From Pocillopora damicornis (Eukaryota): a stretch of DNA of 64,000 nucleotides. A model generated the notes under the pieces. That model was given only the letters and a program-made list of their open reading frames with translations. It had not been told where the DNA came from and did not search any database. Position 1 is the stretch's first letter. Every line of letters starts with the position of its first letter. Shown here piece after piece: positions 52,128 through 62,000 of the stretch. Location: NCBI RefSeq assembly GCF_003704095.1, contig NW_020847627.1, positions 186,001 through 250,000 of the forward strand. Reading direction: 5' to 3'. Made by a program: the position numbers and the translations under genes.

Positions 52128-54234
52128 CTCAGGACTTTCTGTGTCAGAAATCACCCTGCGAAAATAATTAAAAATAGGCGGTTTTGCCTTGAATAAAACG
52201 TCCAGCCACAGTGTTAAGGGATACTGTGTACACTTTCGCTTGAACGAGAAACCTCAATGCGAATTGGAGCCCTCAGCTGGCAATGTCTCTTAGCGCAGAA
52301 GAAACGAGGAACAGAGCATCAAAAACAAATGCAGTTTCCCTTATGATTTTCTGCGTAATGAATGTTAATGTCCTAAAGCTAAAATATCCTCTCGACAGCG
52401 TTCAGATTATCCGGCAAAGTCTACTTCGCCCTCGGCAAACAATCATCAAACATCGCGCTTTTATCTAAAAGGAGGGGAAAGTGTTTTAAGTAGCTGATGG
52501 TGGTTGAAACAATATTTTCCACATTGGCAAATGTTACCTTAGAAAACTAACACATATACATAGAGACTTTGTTAACGCAGATCAAACTTGAAATGGTCAA
52601 AACAGTTTTCTCCTCTCACTAATGCGAGTTTTAAACCTTCAATTTTTTTGCCTGCCACCTGCTTTTTCCTTACGGCGCATTAAATTTACAAGGAAAAATG
52701 TTTGATCGCGGCCGCATTCTTCTTAAACCAACGGAGAGAACATGTATGTAGATTATCTTTCCAAAAAGCATAAGATGCACGCTAGAGAGGACCAATCTCG
52801 TCATCATAGAAGCTCTTGTGCTAAAAGATGTAATGGTATTCATCCGATTTACTCACCTCAGGGAACTCATGTTAATTCGCAGCGCACTATGTCGTTGCTT
52901 ACGTTATATTACTGTCCTCTCCGGCGAAAAAAACCGATCAATTATGGTAACGATAGTCGATAACTGGGCGGTTTCCTGTGAGTTGAACTGGATAAATATG
53001 CAAGGAAGAAAGTGGAGTAGGTAAAATATAGGTGTTTAGTGACTTAAGACTGATGCATTATTGACGAAAGCTTTGTATTTGCATCTTTCTCTCTTGTCAT
53101 AAATTTTACAATTTTAGAACTCATCTTACATCTGTAATGGCAGCTGTCATTGATCCTTTTTAAGCTGCCAAGCGATAGTCGGCAAACTTCCAAAACTAAT
53201 CTTTCGAATAATCATGCATGGTCAAAAATATTCAGTGCTATAATTTATGCTGGTACATTGTCATTGCTAAAAACTTCGATTGAAAAAAATGTAGGAAAGT
53301 TTGTTTAAAAGTGTCGCGTCTGCCACCATGTTTCAACAACTTAAAAAGTCCTGAGTGCTTTGTTGTAAAGCGCTTCGGAAACGGTTTTGGCAAGAAAAAA
53401 GAGTATGGTGTTTTTATAAAACCGCAGAATACTCTACCCCATGATCGAGTGCCTTACAACAGAAAAAAAGCAAAGTCGAGTTGCTTTTGAAGTTTTTTTT
53501 AAGGTAAAGAAGATGTTATTGCCCAACGCATCTATTTTCAAAACGGACGAAATAGCCAGGTCAGCATAACTCTTATGAAGGAGGTTCAGGTACACGTCGG
53601 CTAGTCGCGATTCGCGAAAAAAATGGTTTAAGCGAACTAATTGACGAGCAAGAGAACAGCTGTCAGTCGCCAGCTAAAATTCAGTTTTTGGTTTGCGGCT
53701 AAAAGACGAGGGCTTCGTTTACTGTGGGTGCGCTTTTTAGTTAAAAAGAGCCGGAGCCCTAAGTTTTTACTTCAATGCAATTCATTTGAAAATTAGAGTT
53801 ACTGAGCTGAATTTAAAATGAAGAGCACTTGAGTATACGTTTGCTAGGGGATTGTTTCACCTGTAAAGAAAAAAGGAACCTCATTTGCATCTACTGTCGT
53901 TTTCCACTTCCAAAAAGTAAATAACAATATGTAAGAGCAAGCTTTTAACAGATCACTCGTCGCATAAGTGCTGAGATGATCGGAGAACGCTGTCAAGCTA
54001 ACAATTCAGTCTCTTTTGAGCGACCTTACAAAATTGGGGCCAATGATCATTGTTCTCACTGCTTAAATACTTTTCCTGTCCCTGCATTATACCTACAGTG
54101 TTATCTCTGACGTTTTGATAAGTATGATCGCTTTTCACTGATGTGGTCATGTTGAAAATTAGACAGAATCCCACATAACCTCATATTATTCTTGAACAAA
54201 GCCATAGTCCCAAAAGTAATCTATTATTTTCGCC

Positions 54235-54395
54235 AAATGAATGAAGGGGGTAAATTTCTAAAGAAACTGGGGTGCTGCGTCTGTGAAGGAGTATACCAAG
54301 ATTATTTTGTTTTATCAACTGAGTTGATATGAAAATTGGCCACCGTAAAGAGCTTCTAAGCTTGCTTATCGAGCGTTAGCCCCTCCTCAGAGCGA
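54235..54395 (-). mobile_element. Penelope-like terminal-repeat copy with inactivated hammerhead core
   Basis: Colinear with 12861-13020; core reads CTGAGGA GGGGCTAACGCTC GATA (GAAA box mutated). Confidence 0.7.
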
Positions 54396-55333
54396 AAAAA
54401 GGCCATGGACTTTTTTTTTATTATTACTATCAATACTTAAATGTAAGCTCGTCAGGGGTATGCGAGTTTTTAAAGACAATTATCGATTGTCCGAAAGCCT
54501 AACTGCTAATACAACTTTGACAGGTGAGAAGAATTTAAAACATGCGTCAGCTTCGATGAAATGAAACATGATCACTGAATTCTCTTCGCTGTTAAAAGGT
54601 TTTTGTAAGCGTCTAGTGGTTTGGTCGTGCGAGGTTTGACTGTGTTCTTTTCTGTTTTGAAAGCAGATATGAAGCGTTGATAGCACGATAGAAGTGAAAG
54701 TGCGTTGAAAAAAGCAGCACAAAAAATGTCTTCCTCCGTTTTAGTCATTATCTCAAAGCTCAACTATGGCTTTGAAACAGAAGAAAATAAAGCTGATTTC
54801 TTTCTAAGTTGCTCTCGGTTAAATGTCAATTTGTTGCAACAATTTCACTTATTATCATGATGAAAGAGGAGACGAGTGTTAAAAATCGTGCAAAATATAA
54901 CTTTCTATTTGCCATTGTAAAAATGGCAACCATAACAAAATTAGCTTAACAACTTTTTATTTTATTAATCATATTTATCCATTTGCATTGCGAAATCCTT
55001 TATAATTTATATCTTATTTGCCATATTTCTCAGCGACTATAGGTGTATTAAGCAGTTTCCAGTCGTAAAATTATTTTACACATGTGACTTAGTTCGATAA
55101 ACCCGCCTGGAACGTCAAGAAAAAGGTGAAACTCAGGTCATTCGCACTCCAACAGAGAAAACAGGAAAAAATGGCCAGAGAGATGAGTCATAGAACCACG
55201 ATGAATTCGAATTCATTAATTTGATAGAATGGATGCCAAGCATGAAGGGATTTCATTTTCTTTTCCTGCTAACTTACTTAAAGTAACCTTTTTGTCCATT
55301 CAGTCTGTTGGAATTGAACCGCAGGGACTGATA

Positions 55334-56242
55334 TTACTGGGAAATACGTTTAAGAAGGAGGAAGTGGCTAAAAAAACGGGATCTGTTTGTGAGCAAGCCT
55401 TGTGTCCCCTCACACAAATTCTTTTTTTTTTTCTTCTTTATTAGGAACGAAGCCCTAAGCGTTTCTCTGAAGATCGGCATTCTAAAGCAGTAAATAATTG
55501 GGTTGAAGAAAGAATTTGCCAGCTGAAGACATCGATAAATTGGGGAAATCACACTGTTGTTTGGTATCATAGTACGTGCGTTAAACACAACGACAAACGG
55601 CAGCCAAGTTATCAAAGAAAATAAAGTCACAACAAATAAGGTTTTGGCCAATTGGTTGTTGCGTCTGTGGTTATTTCTTGAAAGTTTTGGATCTTGCTTT
55701 TTGGAAAAGAACCAAATAACAGAATATGCAACGACGATTGTTATCAGGCAAGCACCCAGGTAAAGCGATCCAAGCCATAAATAAACTTTAAGTGGCAGAT
55801 GTTCACTTAAAACGCTCAACGACAAAAAGGTTGGTGCTATTCCGGATATAAGCCATACTACCCCAACAGCATATATGTATGTTCTTGTCGATGTGGTTCG
55901 GCTACGAAAAGGCCACACTATCGCATAGACCCGCTCCAAAGAAACGAGGACAAGGGAATTAATAGAAGCACAGGAAGAGTACTCTCGGAGAATCAAGTAT
56001 GTTTTGAACCAAGAAAGCGAGCAAATAAAGCCCATAAACTCTTCAATAGCACCAACACCAACCAGTAAATCCGCGACAGACAGGTTTATCAAGACAACTG
56101 AAGTTTTCCTCAACTGAAATCTCCTTTTCCAGAACACGATAATGGTGACAGTATTGGCAAAAAGTATTAGGAAGGCTTCCACACTAAATATGATTATCCA
56201 GAAAGGTGTGTTTTTAAGATTTCCTTCACACATTTCCTTCAT
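55334..56242 (-). CDS. Class A GPCR 9 (302 aa as read); the homologous C-tail is out of frame after an A11 run and would stop at 55300; ECL1 is about 9 aa shorter than in GPCR 10
   Basis: NLSVADL, LERVY, WLPF, NSFFNPIIY, RMPIFR; the alternative frame HKACSQTDPVFLATSS aligns with the GPCR 10 tail. Confidence 0.88.
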   Translation of the reverse strand: MKEMCEGNLKNTPFWIIIFSVEAFLILFANTVTIIVFWKRRFQLRKTSVVLINLSVADLLVGVGAIEEFMGFICSLSWFKTYLILREYSSCASINSLVLVSLERVYAIVWPFRSRTTSTRTYIYAVGVVWLISGIAPTFLSLSVLSEHLPLKVYLWLGSLYLGACLITIVVAYSVIWFFSKKQDPKLSRNNHRRNNQLAKTLFVVTLFSLITWLPFVVVFNARTMIPNNSVISPIYRCLQLANSFFNPIIYCFRMPIFRETLRASFLIKKKKKKNLCEGTQGLLTNRSRFFSHFLLLKRISQ

Positions 56243-58273
56243 TTAAATCGTTTTTCACCTTTCTACTGTAGTCTCTAAGCAGCCGGGGTTGACTTGAGTT
56301 TTCCCTGGCTGAAAGTTTCGGTTTTCTCGCCTATTCCCTGGTCGAATTTAACTTTACGCCTCACACATAAAAACGATTGATTTACCGTAGCCAAAATGAG
56401 TATAAACATCTGTAATTTGCAAACAATATTTAGATTTGTTCGACAACCATATTCAATTTTCAGTCAAGGGGTACGCCCTATTTCAAGCAACCTGATAACT
56501 CGTTATTCGTTTCAGTCATAACATTTTTCTACTGTTAATTTAATTTGATTAACAGTTGATTAATTTTCGAATTAATTAATCAACTGTGAATTACCTACTC
56601 CAATTTGAGTTTAACGGTAGTTGTCCGTTTTCTATGGTCATTTTCTAAAGCCAATTTTTCATCGAGTGTTTCGCACTTCCTCAACTTAGCACTAGTCATC
56701 CCTCATGAATACTCTATTCTTGGTGACGGAGTACATAAAGAAAGCCAATTCCCGTTGTGTTTTGGTTTAATTACTTTTCTGAGGTCGCTGTGACAGATTG
56801 TGAATTAACATCATCGATTGAGCGAAAGCAACCACACAGTTATGAAATTCAGCAAACAGCAAAAAATGAACCTATTTGTCGCACTGGAAGTAAATTTTCA
56901 AGACGAAAAAGAGTCATCATAGGAAAATTGGAAGGTGTTCAACAACATTCGACCATACTCTGTTCTAGTTATTGTTCTAGTTAGATAATTATAGAATACT
57001 TATTTTTTCACTAATTTCCTGTTAGTTTCTCTATTAAGTGTAGATTTTTTTTTAAATTTTTTTGTTTCCCTTTTTTAGCTAGGCAACATCAAAAAGGAAA
57101 AAGGAAAAGTGAACTCTATGCAAAATGACTTGCTTGACTTCATTTGTGTTCCTGTCATTGTTAGGTTCCGTACAAAAATGGAGAACTTCTCCACCTGAAT
57201 TTTTCTCAGGGCATCGTCTACAGCTTTACGTTTACCAGCAAACATACGGAGCAAAAGTATTTGCAAGGGTGATTATCGATATTGTGCTTTTTCAGTGGCA
57301 ATCGCTCAGCTGGGATAAAGAAAACGAATTGAGTGCCGCAAAAGAGCTTTCAACGAAAAATGAACCTGACTTTACTATGCCAGAACTTACATGAAACATT
57401 AATTTGCTCTTAATTTTTTTTTTATTTTTTTAGTGTAATTTTTTATATATATTGGAGTATATTTAGAGCTAAATCACCTGCTGTCAGGTCTATATTTAGC
57501 TTTTTATTATCATAAATTCTCGCGTATTAGATCATAAAGGCATCTTGCTGGCTACTGTCAAGTAAACTTAAAATGCCAAGAAAAGGGAATGCGAAGCCCA
57601 TTTGGACTGTGTTGTGCAAAAAACTAACTTATTTTTAATATTCTTTATATTTATTTTAATTCTATGAAGGAAACTAGCCATGAATCAATAGCTGGCGAAA
57701 AGATGAATTACCTGTCTTGAACCAGCCAAGTTAGCAAATTAAAACCCAAAGGAAAATGAACATTAGGGTAAGGACTTGATTATAGAAACGAAAATATTGA
57801 ATATTAACTCTCATATTGGCCAGGTTGACAGCTGTGTTCCGCTTTGGCAGACTTACATTTTAAAAATTTCTCTGCTTACACTTTCATGTCAACCCTGTAA
57901 GGCTCCATAAATGGGCGACGTGTCTTCGTCCGAAGCTACTCCTTACGTTAACATGTAAAAATCATTTAGACATTAAACTACTGTTGAGGCTACTACGGGT
58001 TTTGCTGTTTCACCTTATCTTATTTAGCACTGCGTAAACGAAACAAAGTTGTTCCCGCTTTAGGTGGAAGCTAATAATAATAAAGATTCTGGATTTCAAA
58101 AGTGTGATTGTATTTGTTCACTTTCGCCTCAGGTGTTGCAATTAATAAAGCTTAATTTAATTTTATTTGATTCATATTCTTTAATTTTTTGCCTTTTTTC
58201 GCAGCTAGTTCGTACTATAGTTTATTTTTAAGAATTATAAATAATAAATATTTTCGGCCCATTTCTTTTGCAG

Positions 58274-59233
58274 TTAATCAAGGGGTGTGATTTTATTGGG
58301 ACATACATCTATGTTAGAAAAAGAGGCTAATACTACAGCATCCGCTTGTGTACAAGTCTTGTGTTTCCTGAAGCTTAATCGTGTTCTTATTGTAAGGAGT
58401 GTAGCCCTTAGCGTTGCTCCAAAAATCGGCATTCTAAACCAATAAACAATCGGGTTGATGAAAGAATTTGCTAGCTGAAGACAACGAATGAATCTATGTA
58501 AAATTGTGCTCTTACCACTTATGATAAAACTCGAGTTGAACACAATAGCGAAAGGCAGCCAAGTTATCAGTGAAAGAGAAGTTACAATAAAGATTGTCTT
58601 TGAAAGATGTTTGTTGCGTATCTGGCTACTCTCTGAAAGTCTTGGATCTCTTTTTGTAGAAAAGAACCAAATAATAGAATACGCAACCACGATGGCTATC
58701 AGGCAAACACACATATAGAGCGATCCAATCCACAAGTAAACTTCGATTGGGACTGCAAGAATCTTATGTTGACTACTTAACAAGACAAGGGCAGGAGCAA
58801 TTCCAGACAAAAGCCAAACTCCTAAAACAACACATATGTATGTTCGTGTCGATGTGACTCGGCTGCGAAAAGGCCAAAATATCGCATAGAGCCTCTCCAA
58901 AGAAATGAGGACAAGGAAACTAATGGATGCAGTGCTAGAGTACTCTCCAAGAGGGAAATACCTCTCTATCAAAGTAATATGTGTCTTGCAAGACGATGAA
59001 GAAAGCGAACAAATGTCACTCGCGATGTCCCCAAGAGCACTTAGACCAACCAGAAAATCAGCAACAGACAGGTTTATCAAGACAACAGAAGTTTTCCTCA
59101 AGTGAAATCTCCCTTTCAGGAACACGATTATGGTGATGATATTTCCAAAGAGTATAATCAGGGCTTCCAAACATAATATTATTATCCATGGAAGTACGTT
59201 TTTTAGCTCAGCACCTTCGCACCTTTCGCCCAT
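58274..59233 (-). CDS. Class A GPCR 10 (319 aa from ATG 59233)
   Basis: NLSVADF, LERLY, WLPF, NSFINPIVY, RMPIF; MGERCEG aligns with the GPCR 9 start MKEMCEG. Confidence 0.94.
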   Translation of the reverse strand: MGERCEGAELKNVLPWIIILCLEALIILFGNIITIIVFLKGRFHLRKTSVVLINLSVADFLVGLSALGDIASDICSLSSSSCKTHITLIERYFPLGEYSSTASISFLVLISLERLYAIFWPFRSRVTSTRTYICVVLGVWLLSGIAPALVLLSSQHKILAVPIEVYLWIGSLYMCVCLIAIVVAYSIIWFFSTKRDPRLSESSQIRNKHLSKTIFIVTSLSLITWLPFAIVFNSSFIISGKSTILHRFIRCLQLANSFINPIVYWFRMPIFGATLRATLLTIRTRLSFRKHKTCTQADAVVLASFSNIDVCPNKITPLD

Positions 59234-61074
59234 TTGAAGCTTTATCTTTTCAGCCCGAAAACTAAGTAACAATTTAATTTTACCCTAGCTGAATATCCCA
59301 ACTGTCTAAATTTTTCCCTGTATACCGCGCAAACGGAAAAATGGCTTTTCGCAGTGCTAATCTTATTTCCGCTCACTCTTTTAAGAAACAAACATACATG
59401 CTATTTAGCAACGGTTGTTTTCTTTTAAGAGTATATTAACATTCGATCAAATTCAAAGCAATTTAAATTTCTACTAAGTTTTAATCAAAATTATTTAAAT
59501 AGAGTCCCACACTACTTCAAGAAACAACAATACTATTCATCTCTCTTCTGCTATTGTTAGCCGCACGGCGGCCAAAGTTTATTATTACGTCATTTCAAGT
59601 TGATTTTTTAATGTATTATTTTTCCAAGGTGGCTTTTACATTAGCTACACAGAATTGCGAACTGGTTATTCAACTAGACGGCACCAAACATCTTTGTGCT
59701 TCACATTGATTTTTTTGCATTTCAGCTCCATTGATGTCAATGTTTTATAAAATGTTACGCTCAATTTGAAGCTGCCGGAACATGAGTCATTCGCCCTCGG
59801 TTTTCTACCCCCTCGGTTTTCTATTCCCATTTTCTTAATTCAATTGCTTTCCAAGGTCGCTTTGACAGGTCTTTGAATAAAAGTAGTTTTTCCAACCAAG
59901 GCAAATATATGATAAAACTCGACAAACAATCGCAACTGAAGTCATTAGCTCTGCTGGAATAAAATTCTGACATAGATAAACAGCAGGCCCCTTATCCATT
60001 TCACAGCGTTTCATAAAGTTCAAAATCTGGAAGATTGAAGAGTGCTAGTTTAAAGTTTTGGCTGTTTGATTAGCGCGCTGACTTTATTTGATTTTCAGCC
60101 ACGGGGTATTTCTGCACAAGTATCTTACAATTTTTTATTCGTTTTGATCGAATGCAGATCTGATTAAAAGCGGTTATCAACTCCTTGGTATTTGCAAGGG
60201 AACATAGAACAGCTTTTTCACATGGTGGTACTTAGCGTAAAACAGACGGAGAAAGACTTCGACACTGTGGAAAAGTGAAAGGTTTCCAGCAGGCAAACCC
60301 CCCAAGGAACTACTAAATTTTTCTCATTTACAGCTGTACTTTCCCAAGCAAATAAGTGTAGGCCGGGGTGATAAAACTTTCTTATGAATATGCTATTGTA
60401 TGGTCTGCGACAAAAACCCCTTTCCTGTGAAGCAGAGAATGAATTGGAGGTCGAAACAGAGTCCTAACTTCTGTGATTTTAATTTGTCCTGAGAAAAAAA
60501 GTTAATTTGCGCTGATGCGCTTATATTTATTCTACTTCACATCATATTCAGTCATTTTTCATGGCAGTTACCGATCAAAAGCTGGCAAAAAGTATAAATG
60601 GGGCGTGTAAATCGTGACAGACAAAACAAATCATTGTCATTCTTGAATACAGTCAGTTGGCATATCAATCGAATTTCAAATGGAGGAGAACAATCAGAAG
60701 GTGTCTTTAGCACAGAAACGAAAACGCTTAATGTACTCTTAGCGAATGCCAGATACTTGTCATTCGCAGGAGACCACTTAAACATATTCACATCTTTAAA
60801 AAAATTTCGTTCTTGAACTTTCCCTTCAACTTACTGAGAGGATATTCAAATAACTTTAAAGTTTTTGTGTGATGTCTGTTTCTTTTCCGTAATTTTTTGA
60901 TCCGAGCGGATTCTAACCTTTTCAATAGAAAGATCACAAAAGATACAACTCGGACTAACTTAGAAAACTCCCAAACCATGACCGAGAAGTCTTTCGAATC
61001 TGTACTGAAATTTTTTAATTTCAAATAAATTTTTTTTTTTGAGTTTTGAGAAGATATTTGTTTACGCTCAAGGC

Positions 61075-62000
61075 TCACTTGAAAGTATTATTTGAGTTGG
61101 AGAAAGCGGCTAAAACGACGGCGTCCGTTCGAGGGCAGGTCTTACGCTGGTGCACATTTAGTCGTGTTGTTTTTGCGTTTAGAAACATATTTTTCACGAT
61201 CTGCCTAAACACTGGCATTCTCAAGGAATAAACAATTGGATTGATGAATGAATTTCCTAACTGGAGACATCGAGTAACTCGGTTTATTACACTGCTGCTT
61301 TCTATGATAGAGCTGAAGTTGAAGACGACAGCAAAAGGTAGCCAAGTTATTAGAGAAAGAACAGTTACAATAAAAAGAGTTTTTGCTAAATTTTTGTTGC
61401 GCACGTGATTATTTTGAGACAGCCTTGGATCCTTCCTTTTGGAATAAAACCAAATAAGAGCGTATGCACACGAGACTGTTAGCGGGCAAGCAATCATGAT
61501 TACAGATCCAAACCACTCATAGACTTCAACTGGCAAAATTTCACTTGATTTGCTCAACAACGCCAAGGCAGGTGTCGCTCCTGATAGAAGCCATACAATT
61601 CCAACAGCTATCATATATGTTCGCGAGGATGTGGTTCTACTTCGAAATGGCCACACTATTGCATTGAGCCGCTCCAAAGAAAGAGGACAAGGAAACTAAT
61701 AGAAGCACAGCCAGAAAATTCTCCCAGAATGAAATATTTTGTCGTCCAATCTTTTCCACAACTTGCCTTCGAAAGCAAACAAATGTATCTGATAATATCC
61801 TCTACGGAACTGACACCTACCATCAAGTCAACAACAGACAGGTTTATCAGGAGAACAGAGGTTTTCCTCGAGTGAAATCTTCTTTTCCAGAACATGACGA
61901 TCGCAAAAGAGTTTCCCAAAAAGATTGCAAAGGTTTCCACTCCATATAATATTATTCATAATAAGATGTATTGAGAACTGTTTTGAAACTTTTCGTTCAT
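61075..62000 (-). pseudogene. GPCR 11 pseudogene (paralog of GPCR 9/10)
   Basis: ATG at 62000; TGA at codon 15 (61958-61956) where paralogs have TGG Trp; 1-nt deletion at 61682/61683 in TM3 splits ORFs 61656-61940 and 61075-61677. Confidence 0.9.

Noticed and set aside
13366-59105. Short ORFs antisense to or overlapping the GPCRs (e.g. 13366, 19127, 24303, 46069, 55557, 58488, 58905)
   Set aside because: Shadow frames of the coding strand with no recognisable motifs
6-59233. Assigning gene symbols such as ADORA, HRH2 or octopamine receptor
   Set aside because: Motifs are mixed and orthology cannot be established by eye
60552-61078. Chained ORFs with overlapping stop-start codons behind GPCR 11
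   Set aside because: GTG start, low-complexity Lys-rich content, no homology signal, eukaryotic context
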